Shown piece by piece: positions 1 through 8,954 of a DNA stretch of 64,000 nucleotides. Under the pieces are notes generated by a model, which saw nothing but the letters and a program-made list of their open reading frames with translations, was not told the origin of the DNA and did no database searches. Origin of the DNA: a virus (taxonomy: Duplodnaviria; Heunggongvirae; Uroviricota; Caudoviricetes); the IMG/VR virus record IMGVR_UViG_3300020156_000001, positions 170,321 to 234,320 of that record, one strand, 5' to 3'. The first letter of the stretch is position 1. The number at the start of each line of letters is the position of its first letter. The position numbers and the translations under genes are program-made.

Positions 1-75
1 CGATTCAATTGACTGGGCTTTCCCCGCACATGAGGAAATTGCTCAACGTTACTTTTCAAACATATTGAGGTAAAA

Positions 76-432
76 ATGAGCAAATCCTTGGAACTATTGG
101 ATCTTCTGCAGCGGACGCCTACAAACTCGGATGAGTTCTTTGAGATTATGGAAGCCCTGCAAACGCAAATCCAGCGGCTTGAACAAAATGCTGCGCGGGC
201 ACCAGTGGGTTCGGTAAAGAACCTAACAGTGGGACCAGCGGGTGCCGTTTATGCGGCTGAAATGATCAAGCAAGCGGAAAAGAATGCCAAGGATCCCAGT
301 TATGTTCCGTCTTGGAATCCTGGCAAGGAAGTCAAAGCAAAATCAACCACACCCGAGGATCTTGTTGAGGTTCTCAAAAATCCACTTATTAGCCCGGAAA
401 CACGGGCTTGGCTCCAACACAAGGGCGAATAA
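76..432 (+). CDS. hypothetical protein (118 aa)
   Basis: Intact ORF with a GAGGT Shine-Dalgarno 8 nt upstream of the ATG. No recognisable motifs. Confidence 0.5.
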   Translation: MSKSLELLDLLQRTPTNSDEFFEIMEALQTQIQRLEQNAARAPVGSVKNLTVGPAGAVYAAEMIKQAEKNAKDPSYVPSWNPGKEVKAKSTTPEDLVEVLKNPLISPETRAWLQHKGE

Positions 433-433
433 C

Positions 434-628
434 ATGAACCAAATCGAACAAAATCTTCGCAGACTGCTAAGTCAGTTTGAAGCTTCCATCCGTCGGCACG
501 AGTTTGAGCTTAACGTGGGCACTTCACAAGTTGCACGCGAAAAAACCGAAACCGACCTTAGTGAAGTTCGATCCGAGCTTATTAAGGAAGTTGCTCGGGT
601 TTCCAAACTTACTGGAGCAGGCTATTGA
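434..628 (+). CDS. hypothetical small protein (64 aa)
   Basis: ATG at 434 sits 2 nt after the upstream stop. Helical, charged sequence. The start is chosen inside the longer 284..628 ORF. Confidence 0.4.
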   Translation: MNQIEQNLRRLLSQFEASIRRHEFELNVGTSQVAREKTETDLSEVRSELIKEVARVSKLTGAGY

Positions 629-828
629 GTTCATCCCTGCTTACTGCGCAAATCTTCTTAGCAGCGTATCGGGATCAGCCTGATATTCTTGCGGATTTGG
701 ATGATTTACAGCGAACACAGGATGACCTCAACAACGCAACCAACGAACGCAAAATCTTAATAACCAACAAATACAATGAGAAGAAAAGTCGTCTCATTGC
801 AAAGATTAGGGAAAGGCAACGTCTATGA
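625..828 (+). CDS. hypothetical small protein (67 aa, TTG start)
   Basis: ORF overlaps the upstream stop codon. K/R/D-rich. Confidence 0.3.
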   Translation: MSSSLLTAQIFLAAYRDQPDILADLDDLQRTQDDLNNATNERKILITNKYNEKKSRLIAKIRERQRL

Positions 829-1220
829 CATATGCGATTGGATTCTTTGCGTTTGGTATTGATCTTACCGACGCACCTAAAAAGTACGATGGTGTTATCC
901 AAGCTCTCATCGAAGATGAAATTGCTGAATGCCGTTATAACGGCAGCGGCGATGAACCATCATTTATTGGTGTGGAAATCGACCAAATAGATGAGGCCAG
1001 CAACATGGGCTGGAAGGAAATTGTTGAGCTTAAAGACACGCTAAAAGCGGCAATGGCCCCAGGCAGCCAAGCTCGGATCGACTTTATCGAAAAGCTTAAA
1101 GCAGTTGCTGAGCATCTTGAAGATGGTGTTGAAGACGAAGATGACGCCACTGTTGATGAATTTATCGACTGGCTCAAGCGTCAACAGCCTGAAGTGTTCC
1201 TTACATGGGGTTCTAGCTAA
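825..1220 (+). CDS. hypothetical acidic protein (131 aa)
   Basis: ATGA overlap with the upstream stop. Strongly acidic C-terminal half. Confidence 0.5.
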   Translation: MTYAIGFFAFGIDLTDAPKKYDGVIQALIEDEIAECRYNGSGDEPSFIGVEIDQIDEASNMGWKEIVELKDTLKAAMAPGSQARIDFIEKLKAVAEHLEDGVEDEDDATVDEFIDWLKRQQPEVFLTWGSS

Positions 1221-1229
1221 GAGCCATTA

Positions 1230-1900
1230 GATCAGTCGTAGACTCATATGTCCCGGAGTATTCAATAGGATATTCCGGGATTATCATGGCTGGCTATTAT
1301 ATCAGAGTTCATGGTGTCAGATGTCGGGAAGAGATTCCATGGGCGATTTAGTGGGAGATTGATTGGTTTATTGGTGGGAAATGAACGAAGTTTATGATCT
1401 TCCTACAGATGCGAAGTTCTTTATCCCCCCGATACACAAAGCGTAAAACAAAACGCATTGCATATCAGGGGGATGAATACTGCGACTTCCTACGAGTGCA
1501 TCAGTTCTCGTTAACGGGATATCACGTAGGTGGTATGCGCGATCCTACAACTCCCGGCCATCCTCAGCTTGCGCTGACATACGGTTACACACCTCGCGGG
1601 TGTGCTCTACACGACAAAGCCTCACGAGACTACTTTTGCCGTGTCTTAGTGTTCTCAAACATCAAAGAGATTTCACTAATCTTTCTCTCACCGGCATCAC
1701 CGGGGCGACCATTTCATTCCTAAGAATCAGGCGGTCCAAATCGATCCGGAAGTCCTTTTGCATGGGGCCGGAGATTACTTCGTTCCTGTCGCCGGGAGTG
1801 CTCCGGCTCATCGCGCCCGTCTAAGTCCGAGTTCGCGGTAGAATATTCAACACACTCTAAGTTCCTACTGTAGTTTATAGGAACCAGAGTTGTCAATAAG
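1230..1900. other. About 670 nt without a credible ORF; highly structured; candidate ncRNA or regulatory region
   Basis: Several strong nested stem-loops (for example 1424..1470: CCCCCCGATA...GCGTAAAACAAAACGC...TATCAGGGGG; CCCGGA/TCCGGG at 1248..1278; CCGGAG/CTCCGG about 1765..1806). The only ORF (1394..1723) has implausible composition. A TTCCTAT/AGTAGGAAC box at 1861..1885 faces this region on the minus strand. Confidence 0.25.
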
Positions 1901-1908
1901 CACGTAGT

Positions 1909-2298
1909 TTATTTGGAAAAGCTGCCCATTAACTCGTGATACTCGCTGATGATATCGTTGTTTTTCAGCGAAACTTTGTGCTGGACAAAAAGCGAGTTGA
2001 GGAACAACACGGCAAACTCTGGGCTAACACGCCCAAAGCTCAACAGCGCGTTTTTGACCTTAGCATCGATCAGCACGTTGGGCTTTTCACCATAAGAGAC
2101 CCAAAGCTTCTGGATCTCATAGCCAACAGCCACGGTAAGCGCGTAAACGTTGGAATGTGATTCACCTGAAAGATCTTCGGCAAGATCCATGATTTGACTT
2201 GGAACGATCGCCGGCGGTACAATACCATAAGCTTCGGCAAGCTTGTCCAAGTGTTCCTTGAACGATGCTTGCTCCTGCTTTTTAGTTTTCTTCGCCAT
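1909..2298 (-). CDS. hypothetical protein (129 aa)
   Basis: ATG at 2298 preceded by AAGGAGATCGACA. N-terminus MAKKTKKQEQ. Confidence 0.5.
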   Translation of the reverse strand: MAKKTKKQEQASFKEHLDKLAEAYGIVPPAIVPSQIMDLAEDLSGESHSNVYALTVAVGYEIQKLWVSYGEKPNVLIDAKVKNALLSFGRVSPEFAVLFLNSLFVQHKVSLKNNDIISEYHELMGSFSK

Positions 2299-2656
2299 TG
2301 TCGATCTCCTTGAGAAAGCGTTCCATGTCTTCATGCGAAACGTTGTCGGAAAAGTCCAGCGGAATCATAAACGACGTCACTTTGCTGAAGGACTCTGGGG
2401 AAGCAAATGACGCCTTAATGTGGTCGACTTCCTCACGCATTGCATGAAGCTGATCGTCACTGATTGTGCCGGTGCGATCCACGTGTGCCATAAACTCGGC
2501 GACCCATGGGCTTTCCAGTACTGAGCGATAGTTGGCAAGTTCAGCTTCAGTTGGATGATCGTGCTCAATAGTCCATCCGTGTTCGATAAAGCCGGCGATC
2601 ACAGCAGGATCATAAGTCCGACCAAGCTCGATGATGAGAATCTTTTCGTTGCTCAT
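2282..2656 (-). CDS. hypothetical acidic protein (124 aa)
   Basis: ATG at 2656 preceded by AAGGAGATCGAA. Confidence 0.5.
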   Translation of the reverse strand: MSNEKILIIELGRTYDPAVIAGFIEHGWTIEHDHPTEAELANYRSVLESPWVAEFMAHVDRTGTISDDQLHAMREEVDHIKASFASPESFSKVTSFMIPLDFSDNVSHEDMERFLKEIDNGEEN

Positions 2657-2666
2657 TTCGATCTCC

Positions 2667-3071
2667 TTAGCGCCGGCCGCGTGGGCTGCGAATGTGATGG
2701 TCACGAGCCATCAGGAACTTGGGCTTTGTGGTGTTATTGGGAAGATCGTCTTCAAGCTCAAGCTTGATATCCTCAACCTTCTGAGGAATCTTGTAGTCAC
2801 CGAGCTTACGATCGTTGACCAGAGCAAGCGCATCGGGTATTGTAATACCGTAGAGTTCGCGTTCGGACATGCCGGCGGTGATCGAATCGATGATTTTGGG
2901 ATCGTAGAAGATATTCTGACCAGCTTCATCAACCGTCATTAGCGGACCGTCGGTCTTTTCACCAGTATCGACGAAAGTAACAATCCGTTCCGGATCCTGG
3001 GCCATTACACGAGCGATTGCCGCTGCAAAGCCAGAACCACCACCAACGATTACTGCAACCTTCTTCGTCAT
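2667..3071 (-). CDS. small protein with Rossmann-like GGGSG motif (134 aa)
   Basis: N-terminus MTKKVAVIVGGGSGFAAAIA, which is glycine-rich dinucleotide-binding-like. ATG preceded by AGGAGATCGAAA. Confidence 0.45.
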   Translation of the reverse strand: MTKKVAVIVGGGSGFAAAIARVMAQDPERIVTFVDTGEKTDGPLMTVDEAGQNIFYDPKIIDSITAGMSERELYGITIPDALALVNDRKLGDYKIPQKVEDIKLELEDDLPNNTTKPKFLMARDHHIRSPRGRR

Positions 3072-3196
3072 TTTCGATCTCCTATGCGTTTGTTATATTC
3101 AACTTAGCACAAACAGGAAGGGCGTCAACTAGTTTTCTTCCTATTTTATGAGCAACTTTTACAGCTCTACGGCGTTATCACCCGAAGAGGGTGAAC

Positions 3197-3952
3197 ATGA
3201 TTACAATAGGTACTTCCGGTTATTCCTACAAGCATTGGCACGGACCATTCTACGCAAAGGGTGAAAGAGATGAATTCGCCCACTTCATTAAACACTTTAA
3301 CAGCGTGGAACTCAACAACACTTTCTATGGTTATCCTCGGGATACATCTATAAGTAAATGGTATGAGAGGGCGCCCAGCAACTTCGTATACGCGGTCAAA
3401 GCCAATCAACTAATCACACATCGCAAAAAACTAAAAGCTGTCCCAGAAGCTCTGGATTTCTTGCGGCTTGTTAGTGGCTTGAAAGAAAAGCTTGGACCCA
3501 TTCTGTTCCAATTGCCGCCGATGTGGAACGTAAATGTGGAGCGATTGGAGTCGTTTCTCAAAGAGCTACCAACAAACCACACTTATACGTTTGAGTTCCG
3601 CAACCGCACATGGCACACTGAAGAAGTTTACAAGGTTCTCCGCAAATACAATGCTGGATTCTGCATTTACGATTTCGACTTCTACATGAGTGAGCCGATC
3701 CTCACAAGCAAGATGATTTACTTGCGCTTTCATGGCCCACGTCATCCTTATGCGGATTCCTATAGCAATGAGTTTCTAGAGAATTGGGCTGCATGGGCTG
3801 TGGAAAAGCACCGCAATGGCTTTGATGTCTTCTGCTACTATGATAACGACAATCGTGGTTATGCGGTAAAAAATGCACTCTATATGCGTGAGCAAGTGGA
3901 GAAACTTACAGAAGGCTCAAACACCAAAGCTATTGAGCCGGTTTTAGCCTAA
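3197..3952 (+). CDS. DUF72 (YecE-like) family protein
   Basis: IGTSGYSYKHWHGPFY ... FNSVELNNTFY ... LGPILFQLPP are recognisable hallmarks of DUF72 proteins. SD GAAGAGGG lies upstream of the ATG at 3197. Confidence 0.7.
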   Translation: MITIGTSGYSYKHWHGPFYAKGERDEFAHFIKHFNSVELNNTFYGYPRDTSISKWYERAPSNFVYAVKANQLITHRKKLKAVPEALDFLRLVSGLKEKLGPILFQLPPMWNVNVERLESFLKELPTNHTYTFEFRNRTWHTEEVYKVLRKYNAGFCIYDFDFYMSEPILTSKMIYLRFHGPRHPYADSYSNEFLENWAAWAVEKHRNGFDVFCYYDNDNRGYAVKNALYMREQVEKLTEGSNTKAIEPVLA

Positions 3953-4163
3953 CACGATTCAGCACAATAGCTGAGCCAGCCCTACCACGTTCAGCACCAA
4001 GGATCCGATATTTGTCGCCGACGTTACCGCGGTAATTTGGATCACTCGTATACCAAATATAACGCTCTTCCGCTTCGGTACGAAATTCGTAAACAAAGCC
4101 CTCAGAAGTTGGTGATACCTTTTGTAGACGCGCCTGGACGTCTATACGGGGTCCTGCAGCCAT
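3930..4163 (-). CDS. hypothetical protein (77 aa)
   Basis: ORF convergent with the DUF72 gene. Weak SD. Confidence 0.3.
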   Translation of the reverse strand: MAAGPRIDVQARLQKVSPTSEGFVYEFRTEAEERYIWYTSDPNYRGNVGDKYRILGAERGRAGSAIVLNRVRLKPAQ

Positions 4164-4172
4164 AGAAATGCC

Positions 4173-4544
4173 TTACTTCATAATAAACTGATGGTAGTGT
4201 CGGTCCCAAGCAAAGAACCCATTGATATTGCGAGTATATTCTCTAATCTCACTATGGCGGATCAAATAGCTTGCGCAAAGCGTACTAAACACGGCGTCGG
4301 ACACTGTTTCTGGTAACTCATAAAGCTGCTCAATGGTGATATCGCGGTTGTTATTGTGTTGTTTCCAAGTCTCCAACTCCGACTGCAACAGCGGGCCATG
4401 AGAAGGCATAGTGGTGTTGTCGATTATAAAGTTGAAGAAGTCGTTAGCTAGAACGATAACAACGGACTGAAGATCATTCTCATGCGCGATGACAAGCATC
4501 ATTTTTGCAAGCAATTCCTCACGGTAGTTCATATTGGACTCCAT
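4173..4544 (-). CDS. hypothetical protein (about 120 aa; start 4544 or 4532)
   Basis: Intact ORF. GGAG lies 7 nt upstream of the second ATG. Confidence 0.45.
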   Translation of the reverse strand: MESNMNYREELLAKMMLVIAHENDLQSVVIVLANDFFNFIIDNTTMPSHGPLLQSELETWKQHNNNRDITIEQLYELPETVSDAVFSTLCASYLIRHSEIREYTRNINGFFAWDRHYHQFIMK

Positions 4545-5082
4545 ACTCTAACCAACAATCCCACCACCACCAAAGTTCTAAGGCACAAAGTAAAGCAGCG
4601 GCATCAACTACCATTCGATCACCACGAGCAGCGCGTTTGGCTTCACGTTGTGCGCGTAGTTCCTTGTTTTCTTCCTTGCGTGTGGGCGCCAAACGTGGAC
4701 GCAATCCAACAACCATTTCATAGAATTCAACAGCACCGAAATGATCACCACGGCCGTTGTTACAGCCGGAACAAGCCATAACCAAATTGTTCATGCTGTC
4801 GGTGCCACCTTCACGACGGGTGTGAACATGCTCAAGTGTGGCAGCAAGATTTTTGCGGCCGGTTTCACCATAGCTGGGATGCCATGTATGCCGGCCACAA
4901 TAGCAGCACCGATGATTCTGTTGTTCCGAACAACGCAATAGCTTACGGCGACGAGCTTCCGCAAGCTTCATATACCACCACTCCTTCCGTGCATTGCTGC
5001 CAGGAAAGAGTTTCTCATTCTGTCCCCATTTTCGGTTAACAGCGTTTCGGAGGATATAATTGGCGTTGTGGTAAACGTTCAT
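4519..5082 (-). CDS. HNH endonuclease
   Basis: CCYCG ... H ... LEHVHTRREGG ... NLVMACSGCN fits the HNH CxxC ... H-N-H ... CxxC signature. Confidence 0.75.
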   Translation of the reverse strand: MNVYHNANYILRNAVNRKWGQNEKLFPGSNARKEWWYMKLAEARRRKLLRCSEQQNHRCCYCGRHTWHPSYGETGRKNLAATLEHVHTRREGGTDSMNNLVMACSGCNNGRGDHFGAVEFYEMVVGLRPRLAPTRKEENKELRAQREAKRAARGDRMVVDAAALLCALELWWWWDCWLEYGVQYELP

Positions 5083-5248
5083 CGGCCTTGTTTAAACTTT
5101 TCTTTCCAAGCCGCAAATGCTTCGGGTTCCCGCTGAGCCCATTCGCGAAGATTTTCAAACTCCGCATCATGCGATATTTCCTTTACCTCGAAACGTTTTC
5201 TCAGGCGTTCGGGAAGGGTGTCGAGCTTGGGCTTTTTGTCTTTTGACA
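5079..5248 (-). CDS. hypothetical small basic protein (56 aa)
   Basis: ATG at 5248 with GAGGA 6 nt upstream. Overlaps the HNH start (ATGA). Confidence 0.4.
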
Positions 5249-5313
5249 TTGGCGTCCTCATGTGATTACTCATGTTGTTCTAACATGGAACCTGCAGCTG
5301 TCAACCATAAATG

Positions 5314-5341
5314 GAAACAGGAACCCAAAGGTTCCTGTTTC
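5314..5341 (-). terminator. 12-bp stem hairpin (GAAACAGGAACC/GGTTCCTGTTTC, loop CAAA)
   Basis: Perfect inverted repeat. On the minus strand it is followed by ATTTAT. Lies 3' of the tRNA-like gene. Only a partial U-tract, so possibly an attenuator or operator. Confidence 0.4.
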
Positions 5342-5463
5342 AATACAAACAAGGATCTCTAAACTCCTCCTAGCCATACTCGTCAGCATGGCTTAAACCG
5401 GAGGTCGCGAGAAGAAACTCCTTGCTCGTGGCCGCATCATATAACCCGTCGGCCAGTGATGAT

Positions 5464-5555
5464 GTTGCCCATTTGGTCCGCGTGGAGGGAATCGAACCCT
5501 CTCAAGAACGCTAATCTGGCGCTAAAAGGCTTATAAGACCTCTCTGACTACCAAG
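5464..5555 (-). tRNA. tRNA-like gene, 92 nt with encoded CCA, long variable region, non-canonical D and anticodon arms
   Basis: Minus-strand reading CCGCGTG ... GAGGG-TTCGATT-CCCTC-CACGCGG-A-CCA. Perfect 7-bp acceptor and canonical T-arm. Possible anticodon loop CTTATAA (UAU) on a G·U-closed stem. The D-arm does not fold canonically. Confidence 0.5.
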
Positions 5556-5589
5556 TCTCACGCGGTTATAGTCGCGTCGACTGGATGCG

Positions 5590-5898
5590 TCATATGAGGT
5601 CAATAAGATTATCAAACGCTCGTTGGATTGCGCGATAGTAAACGAGGCCACCAGGTGTGCCTTTTTCAAAAACCGGACGAGGATTTGTCCGAGCCATGTA
5701 AAGCATATTGGTAGCTTCAAACTCGCCGCAACGATATGCACGGATGTTTTTGGTACCAACTCTGCGGCTGCGAAGCTGGGCAGCTGGACGACGTCCAATC
5801 CGATATCTGTTGCGGTTCTTCTTGTAATAGTCGACAACACTTTTGCGGTTTGGTTTACCAAGTGCGTCCAAACGTTCTTTTGCACGATCAGCCAACAC
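5590..5898 (-). CDS. basic small protein, possibly a divergent ribosomal protein L20
   Basis: R/K-rich. Segment YYKKNRNRYRIGRRPAAQLRSRRV loosely resembles the L20 core YAYRDRRQRKRQFRQLW. Lies downstream of infC, as rplT does in bacteria. The C-terminal half does not resemble L20. Start (GTG 5898 versus ATG 5931) is uncertain. Confidence 0.3.
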   Translation of the reverse strand: MLADRAKERLDALGKPNRKSVVDYYKKNRNRYRIGRRPAAQLRSRRVGTKNIRAYRCGEFEATNMLYMARTNPRPVFEKGTPGGLVYYRAIQRAFDNLIDLI

Positions 5899-6076
5899 AG
5901 GTGTATTCCCTTCCGCCAAAATGTCCAACATAAGGACGACGAAGATCAGTCCGGCTAAGGTTGAGCACAATTGTCGTACCTTCAAGTGCCACACGCATGG
6001 ACTTGTCGGAACGATTGAGAACATCCGCGCTAACGGACTTTCCTGTCTCTGTGCTTGTTACCTTAACCTGGTTCAT
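5888..6076 (-). CDS. hypothetical small protein (62 aa) in the rpmI-like position
   Basis: Starts 1 nt after the infC stop. Not basic enough and not similar enough to call L35. Confidence 0.3.
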   Translation of the reverse strand: MNQVKVTSTETGKSVSADVLNRSDKSMRVALEGTTIVLNLSRTDLRRPYVGHFGGREYTCVG

Positions 6077-6642
6077 TAGTTTGCTTTCTTGATTGGCGCT
6101 AAAATAAGCAGCATTTGCTTGCCGTTCATCGCCAACGGAGAATCGACCTTGAAGTTAGCATGACCAACTGCATCTGTAAAGGAGTCCATGACCTTCTGCC
6201 CCATTTCACGATGAGACATTTCACGACCCTTGAACTTGACGACAACTTTGACCTTGTCGCCATCTTCGAGAAAGCCGATTGCTCGCTTTGCCTTGATGTT
6301 AAGGTCGTTGGTGTCGGTTACGGGACGAAGCTGAATCTCTTTCGTGTCAACAGCGTTTTCACGATTCTTACGCTTCTGATCCTTCTCGCGCTGCGATAGC
6401 TCGTACTTGAACTTGCCATAGTCAACAATACGAGCAAGTGGGGGATTGATCCCTGGATTTGTGACAACAAGATCCAAACCAGCTTCATCAGCTAGTTCAC
6501 GTGCTCTTGCCGTAGCAAGCTCACCAAGCATTTCACCATTAACGCCGGTTACACGAACAATTGGCGCACGGATTTGGCCGTTGATATCGTGGGCGTCTGT
6601 TGGGCGCTTATTCGCTTCTCGCGAGAAATTCACAGAAATCAT
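6076..6642 (-). CDS. infC: translation initiation factor IF-3
   Basis: Colinear match to bacterial IF-3: INGQIRAPIVRVTGVNGEMLG, VDYGKFKYE, KEIQLRP, DLNIKAKRAIGFLEDGDKVKVVVKFKGREM, MLLILAP. Confidence 0.9.
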   Translation of the reverse strand: MISVNFSREANKRPTDAHDINGQIRAPIVRVTGVNGEMLGELATARARELADEAGLDLVVTNPGINPPLARIVDYGKFKYELSQREKDQKRKNRENAVDTKEIQLRPVTDTNDLNIKAKRAIGFLEDGDKVKVVVKFKGREMSHREMGQKVMDSFTDAVGHANFKVDSPLAMNGKQMLLILAPIKKAN

Positions 6643-6697
6643 TCTCCTTAAGTTGATGTCCTATACATGCTAATATAGGACACCATTTGTGTCAACT

Positions 6698-7957
6698 TCA
6701 ATTCGTGCCAGTGCTTGGAGCTTCAGCATAAACGAGAATTGCTGGAGCATCGCTTGCAAAGAAATGGTCACTTAGAACAACCTTCTCAACACCAGCGGCT
6801 TTGAGATCGGGCAGTTCGTATTGGATCTTGAGCAGCTTCTTCTCAATAACATTGCGAAGACCACGCGCACCAACCTTACGAGTTTTTGCTGTTTCCGCAA
6901 TATGTGTGAGTGCAGCGGGTTCAAACACTAGCTCAACACCATCAAGCTTGAATTGCTTTTCAAACTGACGGACAACAGCATTCTTTGGTTCAGTTAGAAC
7001 TCGTACCAGCTGTTCCGCATTTAGTTCCTCAAGATGAGCAACAGTTGGAAGACGACCAATAAGTTCGGGAATCAAACCATACTTGGCAAGGTCTTCAGCT
7101 TCCACATGCGCCATTAGCGAACCATTGTGCGTGAGACGAGTTGCTTCTTCACGAACTTTTGCACCAAAACCAATGGAAGAACCATTGCCATCCATGCGCT
7201 TTTCGATAATAGCTTCAAGACCAACAAACGCACCACCAACGATAAACAAAATGTTCTTTGTGTTGATAATAACAGTATCGGAATTTGGATGCTTGCGACC
7301 ACCCTGTGGGCTAACGCGAACTTCGCTACCTTCGATGATCTTTAGCAAAGCCTGCTGAACACCTTCACCCGAAACATCGCGTGTAATGCTGAGGTTTTCG
7401 CTCTTCTTGGCCTTCTTATCGATTTCGTCCAAGTAGATGATACCGCGCTCGCACTTTTTGACATCGCCATCAGCCGAGCTTAGCAAGCGTGTGATAATGC
7501 TTTCAACATCATCACCAACATAACCAGCTTCAGTAAGTGAAGTAGCGTCGGCAATTGCAAACGGTACATCCAACATACGAGCGATGCTTTGAGCAAAAAG
7601 TGTTTTACCCGAGCCAGTTGGACCCATCAGCAAGATGTTGCTCTTCTCTAGCTCAACACCGTCAACTGTTGGATTATCCAAACGCAAGTAGTGATTGTGA
7701 ACAGCCACGCCAAACACCATTTTAGCGTCTTCTTGTCCAATGATGTATTGGTCGAGGAATTCTTTGATTTTGCGTGGGCTTGGGATTGTTTCATCGACTG
7801 TGATTTCGTTTGCTGCGGGCTTTTCTTCTAGGATATCCGCACAAAGCTTGGTGCATTCATCGCAAATGAAAACGTCCGGTCCTGCGATCAACTTCTTTAC
7901 TTCGTGCTGGCTTTTATTGCAGAACGAGCAAAAAAGGCTTTTAGCTTTATCAACCAT
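6698..7957 (-). CDS. clpX: ATP-dependent protease ATPase subunit ClpX
   Basis: N-terminal zinc-binding domain [26 protein letters not shown]. Walker [12 protein letters not shown]-like loop and a full-length AAA+ body. Confidence 0.92.
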   Translation of the reverse strand: MVDKAKSLFCSFCNKSQHEVKKLIAGPDVFICDECTKLCADILEEKPAANEITVDETIPSPRKIKEFLDQYIIGQEDAKMVFGVAVHNHYLRLDNPTVDGVELEKSNILLMGPTGSGKTLFAQSIARMLDVPFAIADATSLTEAGYVGDDVESIITRLLSSADGDVKKCERGIIYLDEIDKKAKKSENLSITRDVSGEGVQQALLKIIEGSEVRVSPQGGRKHPNSDTVIINTKNILFIVGGAFVGLEAIIEKRMDGNGSSIGFGAKVREEATRLTHNGSLMAHVEAEDLAKYGLIPELIGRLPTVAHLEELNAEQLVRVLTEPKNAVVRQFEKQFKLDGVELVFEPAALTHIAETAKTRKVGARGLRNVIEKKLLKIQYELPDLKAAGVEKVVLSDHFFASDAPAILVYAEAPSTGTN

Positions 7958-7987
7958 TAAACTGCCCTTTTTATTATTGTTGAATAT

Positions 7988-8410
7988 TTATACACGCAGA
8001 GATGCCGCTGCAAGCACTGCCGCTTCTCTACTATTGTAGAGCTGACCCGGATAAGTCAAATTTAGACTACGTTTCGTCATTTCAAACGATTGGTTGTCAT
8101 CAACGACAAAGTAGATTTTGGCCTGAGTTTTCATCAGCATCGGCCAAACAAATTCCCATATGGAACACAAATTGACTATAACGGTATCAACCATATTGAA
8201 GTGGTAATAAAGCCAATCCATAAGGTTGTCGTCTGTCCCTTCACACATATAAAGGGTAACGTCGCGTTCAGGCCAATGGATACCAATGCTGTCGAGGATT
8301 TCCATATGGCCAGTGTGATGGTCGAGGGATAGGATACGATCCGCCCCCGGTTCAATATAGAAATCCGGAGGCGTGACACGGGCAAACTTATGCGGTGATG
8401 TAGGAATCAT
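7988..8410 (-). CDS. hypothetical protein (140 aa)
   Basis: Intact ORF; no motif recognised. Confidence 0.45.
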   Translation of the reverse strand: MIPTSPHKFARVTPPDFYIEPGADRILSLDHHTGHMEILDSIGIHWPERDVTLYMCEGTDDNLMDWLYYHFNMVDTVIVNLCSIWEFVWPMLMKTQAKIYFVVDDNQSFEMTKRSLNLTYPGQLYNSREAAVLAAASLRV

Positions 8411-8413
8411 TGC

Positions 8414-8782
8414 TTATTTAAAGAACTTTGGAACAGCCGTGATAGTGATCGGGCGGATTGCTTGATAGCCCGACTTCAACAGCTCGTTGGAATCAACCGG
8501 TTTACGGCCAGCGTTTCGATCCAAAGACCAAGTGATATGCAGGGTGCCTCGATCCGGACGACGGATCGAACCGTTGAAATCAACAACCAAGCACTCTAGT
8601 GAATCATCACTTGCAAAGCCTACAACACGAAGAGTTCCATCAGCGGGAAGCTCGGAGTTGGTTTCAGTTGCACCAAACTTCCAAGTGCAATGGTGGCCGA
8701 TAAAATCGGAGAACTTTGGCGGAAAAATCCGTGCAAGCTTTGCACGATCTTCCTTTGTAAGTTCGTAACCCGAATAAGCCAA
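8414..8782 (-). CDS. hypothetical protein (122 aa)
   Basis: Intact ORF. Divergent from the topoisomerase operon. Confidence 0.45.
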   Translation of the reverse strand: MAYSGYELTKEDRAKLARIFPPKFSDFIGHHCTWKFGATETNSELPADGTLRVVGFASDDSLECLVVDFNGSIRRPDRGTLHITWSLDRNAGRKPVDSNELLKSGYQAIRPITITAVPKFFK

Positions 8783-8954
8783 TTTGCTCTCCTTGTCCTA
8801 AGTGTGCCTGTCCTAGCATAACAGGAATCACAAATCAACCTACAGGCGTAAATAATTATGTGGCGTGTTTATGTAAACCGCTTCTGGGCTCCTAAATATT
8901 GACTAAACTGGCTCCTAACAATTAGAACTTATATAAAACCTTTGGAAATATGAA

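Noticed and set aside
284-628. 114-aa ORF starting at 284
   Set aside because: Its 5' half overlaps the well-formed gene at 76..432. The internal ATG at 434 directly after that gene's stop is the likely start.
1394-1723. 109-aa ORF inside the structured region
   Set aside because: Implausible composition and no SD. It overlaps strong RNA-like stem-loops, so it is more likely non-coding.
5888-6076. Ribosomal protein L35 call for the small ORF in the rpmI position
   Set aside because: The sequence is not lysine/arginine-rich and shows no convincing similarity to L35. Only the position supports it, so it stays a hypothetical protein.
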